Assembly: GCA_043798935.1 (NCBI GenBank)
Contig: JAZDOC010000006.1
Span: 24,996-88,995 of the forward strand
Reading direction: 5' to 3'
Length of the DNA: 64,000 nucleotides
Origin: Patescibacteria group bacterium
GTDB taxonomy: Bacteria; Patescibacteriota; Patescibacteriia; UBA9570; JAHJKD01
The stretch's first letter is position 1; each line of letters begins with the position of its first letter. Shown one piece after another: positions 28,204-37,700 of this stretch. The translations under genes were made by a program, and so were the position numbers. Below the pieces are notes generated by a model. It was not told where the DNA came from. It saw nothing but the letters and a program-made list of their open reading frames with translations, and did not search any database.

Positions 28204-29245
28204 TTAATAACTGATTAATATTAAAATCATCCAAATTTAATTTTTCTAGAATTGTATATCTATCAGGGCGGGTTTGAGGGGCGAATTTCAGCACTTCTAT
28301 CATTTGGCTATGAGTAAGGTTGATATCTTGATAATGAGTTGGTAGGCTAAGGTTTTTAAATAATTTTTTGTAATTATTATAATAAGCACTATTTCTTAAT
28401 TTTTCGGTAATAATTATTCCTAAAGCTACTTGTTCGCCATGCATGGCCGTGTTTGGAAATAGTTTGTCAATGGCGTGGGAGATTTTATGCTCTGCACCAG
28501 AACAGGGGCGAGAGTTTCCGGAAATATGCATAGCTATACCGCTTAATACTAAGCCGTTAATTAAAGTGAGTAAAAATTTATCTGAGTATATATTAATGTT
28601 ATAATCATCATCGACATTGCCGTAAATTAAATCTGCGGCCGAATAAGCAAGCGACATGGCGAAATCATCAATTTTTTCTTGTTTTTCCATGTGGGCTAGT
28701 TTCCAGTCGGCTAGTGCTGAAAAATTTGATAATAAATCACCTGTGCCAGCTTGAATATTTTTAAGCGGTGCTTTTTTTATTATATCTAAATCCACAATAA
28801 TGCCTGTTGGCATATTAACGCCCATGCTTTGTTTTAAATTATTACCGTCTGTTAAGACTGCAATTGGCGAAGCGATACCGTCGTGCGATGGAGAAGTCGG
28901 TACAGAAATATAATTTACATTAGCCTTAGTGGCAGCGTATTTTCCTACATCCAGAACTTGGCCTCCGCCAATAGCGATTATGGCATCGTGGGCATTAGTT
29001 AGAATTTGATCTTTAATTTTTTCCGCCGCCGTAATAGAACTGTCATTACTAATTAAAATATTTTGAGGTTGACATAATGAATTTAAATTTATATTTTCCA
29101 AATTTTTAACGGTTTTACTAATAAGTATTAAAGGGTTATTAGCAATTAAATTTTCTTCAATTAAAATATTTTTAATATCATTAATAATATTTTTTTCAAT
29201 TTTGATAAATAAGGGAACTTGTGTATCGCGGAAATTTACCGACAT
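28193..29245 (-). CDS. Glycerol-1-phosphate dehydrogenase-like protein (EgsA/AraM family)
   Basis: GGGQVLDVGKY, VPTSPSHDGIASP, AGTGDLLSNFSALADW, SRPCSGAEHKISHA, HGEQVALG. Confidence 0.8.
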   Translation of the reverse strand: MSVNFRDTQVPLFIKIEKNIINDIKNILIEENLIANNPLILISKTVKNLENINLNSLCQPQNILISNDSSITAAEKIKDQILTNAHDAIIAIGGGQVLDVGKYAATKANVNYISVPTSPSHDGIASPIAVLTDGNNLKQSMGVNMPTGIIVDLDIIKKAPLKNIQAGTGDLLSNFSALADWKLAHMEKQEKIDDFAMSLAYSAADLIYGNVDDDYNINIYSDKFLLTLINGLVLSGIAMHISGNSRPCSGAEHKISHAIDKLFPNTAMHGEQVALGIIITEKLRNSAYYNNYKKLFKNLSLPTHYQDINLTHSQMIEVLKFAPQTRPDRYTILEKLNLDDFNINQLLNEL

Positions 29246-29249
29246 ATGT

Positions 29250-29984
29250 TTACGGAATTATTTGTTGAATTAATTGTTTGGCGTTTTTTAAGTCTTCATG
29301 AGTATCAATTTCCATGGCCGGTAGGCCCGAAGTGGAAATTTTATAAATTGGAGCATCTTGATCAATAAAATGCTGTAAAGCATCTTCATAATATAAGCTC
29401 GGATCATTTTGCATCACAGTTTCTAAGCTATTAATTAACGCTTGTTTAAATTCACTGCCTAATTTCATGAGGCCAATATATTCGCCGTTAGCTATTTCAG
29501 GTTTTAAAGTTTTGTGAATTTTGTGAATTTTATTATCTTTATCGATGTAAACTTTCATTTCCTCATCAGATAATTTTTTAAAATCATCGATGGCCATAAC
29601 ATTTTTTTGCGGATGATCGAGTAGCGCTTGCAGAATATTTTTGTGAAAAATAGTGTCAGAATTAATAATAATAAAATCGTTAGAAAAAATTGGTTTAGCA
29701 GAGTAAAGAGAATGGATATTACCTTTGCTGTTATATTCGTTATTATAAATTATTTCAATAGAAACATCGGGATTGTTTTTTTTATATTTTTCTGAAAAAG
29801 CTACCACATGTTCATGGCCATGCCCGGTTAATAAGCTAAATTTTTTCAGACCACAAGCTTGGCAGGTATCTAAAATATGGTGCAAAATTTCTTTATCACT
29901 AATTTTAAGTAAGCTTTTTGGATGTTTATCAGTGAGAGGTCGAAGGCGTTTAGATTCGCCGGCAGTTAAAATTAAAACTTGCAT
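29250..29984 (-). CDS. Sugar/polyol-phosphate nucleotidyltransferase (LicC/IPCT-like cytidylyltransferase)
   Basis: LILTAGESKRLRPLT..PKSLL, NSDTIF, EEMKV, GEYIGL, YYEDA, EIDTHEDL. Confidence 0.82.
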   Translation of the reverse strand: MQVLILTAGESKRLRPLTDKHPKSLLKISDKEILHHILDTCQACGLKKFSLLTGHGHEHVVAFSEKYKKNNPDVSIEIIYNNEYNSKGNIHSLYSAKPIFSNDFIIINSDTIFHKNILQALLDHPQKNVMAIDDFKKLSDEEMKVYIDKDNKIHKIHKTLKPEIANGEYIGLMKLGSEFKQALINSLETVMQNDPSLYYEDALQHFIDQDAPIYKISTSGLPAMEIDTHEDLKNAKQLIQQIIP

Positions 29985-30000
29985 AATAATTTTGGTAGTA

Positions 30001-31488
30001 TTAATTGTTTATAGCATCAGATTCAGGATTGCTTGACGCATTCTTTTGAAATTTATTAGGAATTAATTGTTTAAATAATGCCATGTCGTAAGCGTCGAGA
30101 AACTTAAAAACCCATAAAAAGAAGCCGTAAATTAAGGCTCCTAATAATATAGTAAATATAACATTTAACTTGTCCATTGTAAAATAGATTACCGTGCCCA
30201 TAATAATGCTCGCCAGAACGGGTTTAATGAGTTTGAGTAGATAAGAGAAAACGTTTAATTTAAGATAATAAAGATCAGTAATAGTGAAAGCGATTCTGAT
30301 AATAAATTCAGTAGCGACAGTACCAATAACAGCGCCCATGAAGCCATATGCATTAATTAGAAAATAATTAATAATTATTAAAAAAATAAATGAAAAAATT
30401 TGGATAATATTTTCCTGTTTTTGTTTATCAATGGCGGTTAAAGATTGCCCGGAAACATTACCGGCAAAGCGAGCGATTAAAAACAGCGCAAAATATTTTA
30501 GGGCAAGGGCCGCTGGGGCATAACCGGGCTTACTGTAGATTAAATGAATAATAGGGTCGGCCAATAAAAAAGTGCCGATTACTATTGGAATACTTAAAGC
30601 ATTTAAATATCGAAAAATTAAAAGGTGAATTCGCTTATACTTGTTAATGTCTAAAGTACTGTACTTAAACATTAATGGTAAAGCAATTTGAAAAATCATT
30701 TGTGGCAGAATTAGAATTAAAATAATTAATTTAGCCGCCGCTGAATAAAGACCAGCCTCGGTATTGCCTTTAAAATACTGCAACATCAATATACTGATTT
30801 GAAAATAAGCAATTAGAAATATATCGTAAATGGAATATTTAAGGCCGTCTTTAACCATGGGCCATAAAAGTTTTAAATTGAATGTTGGTTTCACAAGTTT
30901 TAAGTCGTAAAGGAATACCGATAGTATAAATAACAGATTCATAATCAGCGGCGCCCCGGCTATCAAAATAATACCGAAATTTCGGTCATTAATAATATAG
31001 CTAATAGCTAAAGTTAAAATGAAGATACAAAAACCCGTAATGACTTCAAAAATTGAAACCACTTTCATTTTTAGCATAATACGTAAAACAGCTCGAAATG
31101 ATTTTCTAAATTCAAAGAAAACAGTTGCCAAACCTAAGAGTACTACCAAAATCATGGTTTGCGAGTCGTAGTGCAACACTACGGCCATCACAATTGTTAT
31201 AATAAAGAAAAAAGTCGAAGCAATGGATTGAATAATAATAGAATTTCCGAAATAAAGGCTGATTGAATCTTTATGGCGTGATCCTTCGCGCATTAGGAGA
31301 GTGGTAGAGCCAATATCGTTGGCTACTAGAAAGGTATTGGTTAAGGCGAGGGCTGTAGAATACATACCGAATTTTTCCACGCCAGCATAACGCGCGATAA
31401 TAATTGCAACCAGAGCATTAAAAATGCGATATAAAACACGAGCGATTAAAACCGCAAAAGCGTTATTGAATAATTTGCGAAACATCAT
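30001..31488 (-). CDS. Wzx-like flippase
   Basis: ARYAGVEKFGMYS, AGLYSAA, YGFMGAVIGTVATE; about 14 TM helices. Confidence 0.85.
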   Translation of the reverse strand: MMFRKLFNNAFAVLIARVLYRIFNALVAIIIARYAGVEKFGMYSTALALTNTFLVANDIGSTTLLMREGSRHKDSISLYFGNSIIIQSIASTFFFIITIVMAVVLHYDSQTMILVVLLGLATVFFEFRKSFRAVLRIMLKMKVVSIFEVITGFCIFILTLAISYIINDRNFGIILIAGAPLIMNLLFILSVFLYDLKLVKPTFNLKLLWPMVKDGLKYSIYDIFLIAYFQISILMLQYFKGNTEAGLYSAAAKLIILILILPQMIFQIALPLMFKYSTLDINKYKRIHLLIFRYLNALSIPIVIGTFLLADPIIHLIYSKPGYAPAALALKYFALFLIARFAGNVSGQSLTAIDKQKQENIIQIFSFIFLIIINYFLINAYGFMGAVIGTVATEFIIRIAFTITDLYYLKLNVFSYLLKLIKPVLASIIMGTVIYFTMDKLNVIFTILLGALIYGFFLWVFKFLDAYDMALFKQLIPNKFQKNASSNPESDAINN

Positions 31489-32372
31489 AAGTTAATTTGT
31501 TTTTTACACACGGCCGATAATAATCCGTATTTAATAGCCAGAATATTTAATAATTTAAAGAATTTATAATTAATAAATATTTTTGCCGGCCAACGACAAA
31601 CTGTTAATCCGAGCTTACAAATAATCCGTAAACATTGAGCAGGAAAATTATTTTGATGGGCTAATAAATGTGGAAAATATTTTTTGATAAAGCTTGGATT
31701 ATGAAGAGAAGTGATTAAAAAATTATTATAATTTTGTTTGATGCGTTTTTTTATAATTACATCTAAACAAATTTCATTAACGTGATTAATAATAACATTT
31801 TCGGAAAAGATAATTGTTTTATTATGCTCGTGTAAGAGCGCACCGAATTCCATATCGCCGCCGTACTGAAGCCGGCTATTAAAACCATTAAGTTTTTCAA
31901 AGACGTGTTTTTTAATAGCAAAATTTCTAGTATCAATGCGGCTTAATGTTTTATTATTATTGTTTAGAAAATCATGGGTAATTTGTTCATAAAATTTTTG
32001 TTCAAACTCGGCAATATTATTTTTATTTATACCTAATATTTTACCCATAAGGCTGTCTACATTTTGATCGAATGTTTTATCAATCTCTTTTAACCAATTG
32101 CTAGTCACTTGGCAGTCTGAATCAATAAAAATTAATATCTCACCACCAGCGTTATTAGCACCGGTGTTTCTAGCTTGATAGGATCCTGTTATTGGTTCAT
32201 GGACGTATTTAACCAAGTATTTATCAGCAAAATAGCGTAATTGCTTTTCGTGATTATTATCTACTAAAATTACTTCAAAATCAGAAATTGGATAATCTAA
32301 ATTTTGAATTGATTTTAAGCAATCATTAAGATATTTTGAAGATGAACAGGGGATAATAATTGAATATTTCAT
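31485..32372 (-). CDS. Glycosyltransferase family 2
   Basis: SIIIP, EVILVDN, ARNTGA, FIDSDC, GGDMEF. Confidence 0.88.
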   Translation of the reverse strand: MKYSIIIPCSSSKYLNDCLKSIQNLDYPISDFEVILVDNNHEKQLRYFADKYLVKYVHEPITGSYQARNTGANNAGGEILIFIDSDCQVTSNWLKEIDKTFDQNVDSLMGKILGINKNNIAEFEQKFYEQITHDFLNNNNKTLSRIDTRNFAIKKHVFEKLNGFNSRLQYGGDMEFGALLHEHNKTIIFSENVIINHVNEICLDVIIKKRIKQNYNNFLITSLHNPSFIKKYFPHLLAHQNNFPAQCLRIICKLGLTVCRWPAKIFINYKFFKLLNILAIKYGLLSAVCKKQINL

Positions 32373-32378
32373 TGTCTT

Positions 32379-32437
32379 ATTATACTATAATGCATTAGTA
32401 AAATCAACTTGGCAAAATCGGTTAATTAATCTATAAT
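32379..32437. promoter_or_regulatory. Back-to-back sigma70 promoters, both apparently leaderless
   Basis: Minus: TTGATT (32407-32402), 17 nt, TATAAT (32384-32379), 6 nt, ATG 32372. Plus: TTGGCA (32409-32414), 17 nt, TATAAT (32432-32437), 7 nt, ATG 32445. Confidence 0.7.
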
Positions 32438-32444
32438 AACGGCA

Positions 32445-33926
32445 ATGTTTTTAAACAATAAATCAGAAAAAAAAATAAATTATAAAGCCGTTATTGTCGC
32501 TGTTTTTTTTATAATTTTATTTTTTGTGGCACTCTACTTACGCTATAAAAATATCGATTATATAAATTTTCAAAATGATGAATATTATCATTTGAATACC
32601 GCCGTTGGTTTTCTGAAAACCGGCCATTTTGAGACATGGGATTTTGTAGAACAGAGAACTCTAAGGCCATATCCGCGCGCTCGAATATTTACTATTCAAG
32701 TTGCGGCCAGCTTTAAACTGCTGGGTATAAATGAATTTGCGGGCCGTCTGCCGGCATTAATTTGGGGATTATTATTATTACCGCTTATATACTTTGTTTC
32801 TTATAAAGTAAGTAAATCGCATCTGGTATCTTTAATTGCAGTTTATACAGTAAGTTTCGATAATATGTTTATCTGGTCATCGCGAATTTGTCGAATGTAT
32901 TCCATGTTTGCATTTTTAGCTTTACTTTTTTCTTGGCTGGCTTATAAAGCGCTGAATACAAAAAATAATTATAAATATATTTATTATTTATTAGCTATTA
33001 TTACTTTTTATTTGGCGTTTATTACCCACGCCGAAGTATTAGTATTAGCGATCGGTTTTTTAATTTATTTTATTTTGAATTTTTTTAAAGAGTTTAAATA
33101 TAAAGTTTTTACAATTAGTGCAATTATTGGCGGGGTAGTAATTGCTGTGTATCATTTTTTTATTGCTAAAATTTCTTATTTAAATTTTATTGGCTGGCAA
33201 GCAAAGCCTAATTGGTCTTATATTGCGGAATTATTTAATCAGTTTAAGTTTGAATACTTAGGATGGATAGTTTTATTAGCGGGAATAATATTTTTATTTA
33301 CGCATAAAAATAATTTACGAACTTATTATTATTGTTTGTTTTCCGGGCCGCTAGTATATTTTGTTTGGTTTGCGGATCGTTATGCGGCAAAAAAATATAT
33401 TTTATTTTTAATTCCTTTTATCATAATAATTTTTTCCGACAGTTTATATAGAATTTGTTCATTATGTTTTAAAAAGCAAAAATATGCACAGTACATTTTA
33501 TTAATCATAATTTTATTATTTGCTGGCCCATATTTTTCTTGGCCAAGCGTAAAGGAAAATTATTTTTTCCAGCCGGCGCGGGCCGATTGGACATATTCAA
33601 ATTCGCAAATGCATAATTACCGCGATGCTTACAATTATATCGCCGATAATAATAAAAATAGCGATCCGGTATTAATTTACTCTAAAAGAACTTATTATCT
33701 TGAAAATAAAGCCTTAAATTTAGTTTATTTCACTGAAAATACCACTATCAATGATATTCAAGAATTAGTTAAAAAAAATAAAAGTGGCTGGATTGTTTGG
33801 CCACAATACAAAGCCAGGGCTCATTTATCGGCCAAGGTAATGAAATATATTCAGAAAAATTTTAAAAAAATTGAACCCATCAGTAATGATACGCATGTAA
33901 TCATTTTTCACTGGGAGAATAATTAA
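32445..33926 (+). CDS. GT-C fold glycosyltransferase (GT39/ArnT-like)
   Basis: LRY..NDEYYH, LGINEFAGRLP, SRICRMY; multiple TM helices. Confidence 0.8.
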   Translation: MFLNNKSEKKINYKAVIVAVFFIILFFVALYLRYKNIDYINFQNDEYYHLNTAVGFLKTGHFETWDFVEQRTLRPYPRARIFTIQVAASFKLLGINEFAGRLPALIWGLLLLPLIYFVSYKVSKSHLVSLIAVYTVSFDNMFIWSSRICRMYSMFAFLALLFSWLAYKALNTKNNYKYIYYLLAIITFYLAFITHAEVLVLAIGFLIYFILNFFKEFKYKVFTISAIIGGVVIAVYHFFIAKISYLNFIGWQAKPNWSYIAELFNQFKFEYLGWIVLLAGIIFLFTHKNNLRTYYYCLFSGPLVYFVWFADRYAAKKYILFLIPFIIIIFSDSLYRICSLCFKKQKYAQYILLIIILLFAGPYFSWPSVKENYFFQPARADWTYSNSQMHNYRDAYNYIADNNKNSDPVLIYSKRTYYLENKALNLVYFTENTTINDIQELVKKNKSGWIVWPQYKARAHLSAKVMKYIQKNFKKIEPISNDTHVIIFHWENN

Positions 33927-34846
33927 TTTTTTATAACGCGTTCAATATTATATGGTCGGCGTTTATCGTTGAAGTAATTTTTTATTAGAATTTCGCCCAG
34001 TAATCCGGAAACAAAAAGCTGGATGCCGGCCAAAATTAAAAATACTGAAATGGTTGGCCAAATGCGGTTTGATAAATAAAAATTGAAAAATAATCTTAAG
34101 ATAAACAAACTAAATAGCATGGTGCTGCCAATCAATGTTAATAATATTCCGCTTCCGCCGAAAATATGCAATGGGCGAGAAGCATATTTTCTCCAGAACC
34201 AAACACCGATCATATCCACAAAGCCTTTTAAAATTCGTTTGTAATTGTATTTGGTTTGGCCATATTGGCGTGCTACATGCTCAACTTCAACTTCTCCCAC
34301 TTTATAGCCTTGCCATAATAATATACCCGGAATAAAGCGGTGAATTTCTCCATACAAATCTATCTGGTGGAAACATTCTTTTTTGTAAGCTTTAAGCGAG
34401 CAACCAGAATCGTGGATTTTGTCATCAATAAAAAATTTACGTAAAACATTTGCGCCGCGAGAAATAAATTTTTTACCAAAAGTGTCTTTGCGTTTATGGC
34501 GCCAACCGGAAACAACATCAAATCCTTCTTGCATTTTGTTTAATAGTTTCGGTATTTCTTCGGGGGGATTTTGCAAGTCGCCATCAAGTGTTATTAGAAT
34601 TTCGCCTTCAGCCTCTTTGATGCCGGCATCCATGGCGGCTGTTTGGCCGAAATTTTTACGGAATTTAATAAGCTTAACAGGGGATAGTTTTAATAGTTCA
34701 CTATAAGTGTTATCGTCACTACCATCATCAATAATGATTATCTCATAGTCTTTTTGTAAAGAATCCATTACTTTTTTAACGCGTTCATGAAGTTCAATTA
34801 TATTTTTTTCCTCATTATAAACCGGAATAATTACTGAATATTTCAT
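33923..34846 (-). CDS. GT2, ArnC/GtrB-like undecaprenyl-phosphate glycosyltransferase
   Basis: IPVYNEE, DDGS, RKNFGQTAA, LDGDLQNPP, DSGCSLK, HRFIP; two C-terminal TM helices. Confidence 0.88.
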   Translation of the reverse strand: MKYSVIIPVYNEEKNIIELHERVKKVMDSLQKDYEIIIIDDGSDDNTYSELLKLSPVKLIKFRKNFGQTAAMDAGIKEAEGEILITLDGDLQNPPEEIPKLLNKMQEGFDVVSGWRHKRKDTFGKKFISRGANVLRKFFIDDKIHDSGCSLKAYKKECFHQIDLYGEIHRFIPGILLWQGYKVGEVEVEHVARQYGQTKYNYKRILKGFVDMIGVWFWRKYASRPLHIFGGSGILLTLIGSTMLFSLFILRLFFNFYLSNRIWPTISVFLILAGIQLFVSGLLGEILIKNYFNDKRRPYNIERVIKN

Positions 34847-34932
34847 AAATTGTTTGATAATAGATTAAATGTTTAACTTTGGCTATTATATCAAGCTTGA
34901 TTTATTTTGGCAATTTATTTATAATAATGAAG

Positions 34933-36426
34933 ATGAAAATAGAGAAAATTACGAAAATTTGGTCAATTTTTTTATTTGTGGCGATTGTGGCTCTTTTTTT
35001 GTTTTTACTTAATAATTACTTTGTTTTTAACGGAAAATTAACAATTTCATACGATTTTTGCTCGCCAGCAACACTCATTACTGAATTTACGCCTACTGGC
35101 CGAGCCTTAGCCATTGAAAAAAACCTAAAAACGGGGGAATGTTATCAGAGAATCGTCGGAGAGCCGGTTTATTTCACTTCTTATGTACCCCGTTCGTTTG
35201 ATACGGCGGAGGTGGCTATAAATTATCAAAACCCCAGCCAAAGCATTTTAGAGCTTGGTGTGCAAAAATCCATTGATTGGAATTTCGAGTTAAAGCCTTT
35301 GGAAAATAAATTTATCGATAATTCGACTTGGGATAGAATAAACACTGATAATATAATTTTTTTACAAAAACAAAAAAAATATAATAGCTATCAGGAATTT
35401 TTAGATAATGTTCCGACTGATAAAAAAATAGCTACTTATAATTATAGTTTGCCGTATAAATTTGTGATCGACGATTATGAGCCAAGCGACAAACAGCTTG
35501 AAATTAATACGGCACTGCGAGGCCGGCATGAATTTTATACTTATTTAGGCAAAGGCGAAGATCTTGATTTTACTTTCTATTGGCAAGATATTAACTGGGC
35601 GCTGAGCGCGGATAATTTTATAGTGCGTATTTACAAAGATGACACTGAAATTCAAACCGAAGTCGAGCCCGGAGACGGCAATACCGATATTAGTGGCACG
35701 GCTTCACTGGTTAAAGAGAAACAAATAAAACTAACTAATTTAAGCGGTGGGTTATTCCGGATAGTAGTTGATGTTAGTAATGATGTTTTTATTCGAAAAA
35801 TTATCACTAAGCAACATTTGCTAGTAGTAAAAAACAGAATTTTTTTAGCTGACAGCGAGGCCCATAAAAATAGCATTTCAGATTTAACTCTGGATCCTAC
35901 CACGTTATATACTAACAGTGATATTTTATTAGCGCGTACTGATCATTCGGAAAGTTTGCAAAGCATAAGCATTAACAACGACAAATTAGAACTTATTCGC
36001 ACCGGTGAAGATTTTAAATGGAGTGATGATAATAATTTAGGTTCCATAAAAATTATTAACGCTGTTTTAAATGATGTATACATTCAAGGATTTGGCTATT
36101 ATTCTTTTACGCCCGAAAGTTTTTTTGATCCCGACTATGGCATAGATATTTTGCGCACCGACATGAATATGGATAATTACGATTATTTAATTGCCAAAGA
36201 TTATTCTGCCCCGACAGCTGTTCGCAGTTGGAACGCGGCTACGCAAAGTTTTGTTTTAGACACGGTACCGGGCGACAGAAAAACATTAAATTTTATTCTG
36301 TCCGCACCCGGAATCACCGATATTAATAGCCAGATTATAGTTAAAAATATTGAAATTAAATTTAAAAAAGATCCATTAAATTTAAAAAATTTATGGCCGC
36401 GGCTAAAGTTTAAATTAGGCTTATGA
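34933..36426 (+). CDS. Hypothetical membrane-anchored protein
   Basis: N-terminal TM helix and large soluble region. Start ATG 34933 lies 7 nt after TTGATT-17-TATAAT (34897-34925); ATG 34927 is an alternative. Confidence 0.6.
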   Translation: MKIEKITKIWSIFLFVAIVALFLFLLNNYFVFNGKLTISYDFCSPATLITEFTPTGRALAIEKNLKTGECYQRIVGEPVYFTSYVPRSFDTAEVAINYQNPSQSILELGVQKSIDWNFELKPLENKFIDNSTWDRINTDNIIFLQKQKKYNSYQEFLDNVPTDKKIATYNYSLPYKFVIDDYEPSDKQLEINTALRGRHEFYTYLGKGEDLDFTFYWQDINWALSADNFIVRIYKDDTEIQTEVEPGDGNTDISGTASLVKEKQIKLTNLSGGLFRIVVDVSNDVFIRKIITKQHLLVVKNRIFLADSEAHKNSISDLTLDPTTLYTNSDILLARTDHSESLQSISINNDKLELIRTGEDFKWSDDNNLGSIKIINAVLNDVYIQGFGYYSFTPESFFDPDYGIDILRTDMNMDNYDYLIAKDYSAPTAVRSWNAATQSFVLDTVPGDRKTLNFILSAPGITDINSQIIVKNIEIKFKKDPLNLKNLWPRLKFKLGL

Positions 36427-36629
36427 ATACAGTAAAAAATACCAGGCGTCAGTTATTTAGCGAAATTCTTAAATTATTATTTAAAGCTTTATTTGTTAGC
36501 TATTTTCTACTGATCATTTTAAATGTTTTTACTGATAATTTTGTAGAGTATTATATAAATTTTAATTATTGGTTAGTTGGTTTATTAACTATCGTAGTTT
36601 TATATATTTTAATAAAAGATAAAAATTAA
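36423..36629 (+). CDS. Small two-TM membrane protein
   Basis: ATGA overlap with upstream stop; two hydrophobic helices. Confidence 0.6.
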   Translation: MNTVKNTRRQLFSEILKLLFKALFVSYFLLIILNVFTDNFVEYYINFNYWLVGLLTIVVLYILIKDKN

Positions 36630-36642
36630 TTTTAAAGTCAAT

Positions 36643-37665
36643 ATGAAAAAGAAAGCATTAATAACAGGTATTTCCGGGCAAGATGGTTATTTTTTAACTA
36701 AGTTGCTTTTAGAAAAGGATTATGAAGTTCACGGTTTACTTCGTCGTAATAGCCGTAATGACATCGGTAATTTAAATGATTTAAATGATGCCGATAAAGC
36801 ATTATTAATATTACACTGGGGAGATATCATTGATCATACCTATGTTGAAAAATTAATTCGTACTTATCAATATGATGAAGTGTATCATTTAGCGGCTCAA
36901 AGCTTCGTTGGTCTTAGTTTTACAAATCCCCGCGCAACTTACGATATTAATATCAGCGGAACTTTAAATGTAATTAACGCCATCAAAGAATTTTCTCCGC
37001 ACACTAAATTGTATTTTGCCGCCACATCAGAATTATATGGAAAAGTTCATGAAGTGCCACAGAACGAAGAAACGCCTTTTCATCCGCGCAGCCCTTATGG
37101 CGTATCAAAGTTGGCTGGATTTTGGACCATTAAAAATTATCGGGAAAGCTATAATTTATTTATGTCTAACGGTATATTATTCAATCATGAATCCGAAATG
37201 CGCGGACCGGAATTTGTCACTAGAAAAATTTCTATTGGTATTTCTAAAATTAAAAACGGATCAGCCGAGTGTATTGAACTTGGCAATTTAGACGCTAAAA
37301 GAGATTGGGGATATGCCAAAGATTATGTACTGGGCATGTGGCAGATTATGCAGTATGAAAAAGCCGATGATTTTGTATTAGCTATGGGCAAAAATCACAG
37401 CATCAGAGAATTTGTAGAATTAGGTTTTGAAGTAATCGGTAAAGAGATAGTTTGGGAAGGCGAAGGCGTAAATGAAATCGGCAAAGATAAAATTAGCGGT
37501 GAAGTGCTGGTAAAAGTGAATCCGGAATTTTTCCGCCCGGCTGAAGTAGATGAATTATTGGGTGACGCCACCAAGGCCAAAGAAAAATTAAATTGGCAAC
37601 CACAAACATCATTTTCTGAATTAGTTGAGATTATGGTTAAACATGATTTGGAAAAAAATAAATAA
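36643..37665 (+). CDS. gmd: GDP-mannose 4,6-dehydratase
   Basis: ALITGISGQDG, LAAQSFV, PRSPYGVSK, GILFNHES, FVTRKI, RDWGYAKDY, RPAEVD. Confidence 0.95.
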   Translation: MKKKALITGISGQDGYFLTKLLLEKDYEVHGLLRRNSRNDIGNLNDLNDADKALLILHWGDIIDHTYVEKLIRTYQYDEVYHLAAQSFVGLSFTNPRATYDINISGTLNVINAIKEFSPHTKLYFAATSELYGKVHEVPQNEETPFHPRSPYGVSKLAGFWTIKNYRESYNLFMSNGILFNHESEMRGPEFVTRKISIGISKIKNGSAECIELGNLDAKRDWGYAKDYVLGMWQIMQYEKADDFVLAMGKNHSIREFVELGFEVIGKEIVWEGEGVNEIGKDKISGEVLVKVNPEFFRPAEVDELLGDATKAKEKLNWQPQTSFSELVEIMVKHDLEKNK

Positions 37666-37700
37666 ATGTTTTTTTGTAAAAATAATAAATATATTTCAGC

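Noticed and set aside
28193-29245. Archaeal-type ether lipid pathway
   Set aside because: No GGGP or DGGGP synthase or CarS in the window; neighbours point to CDP-polyol chemistry. Not excluded genome-wide.
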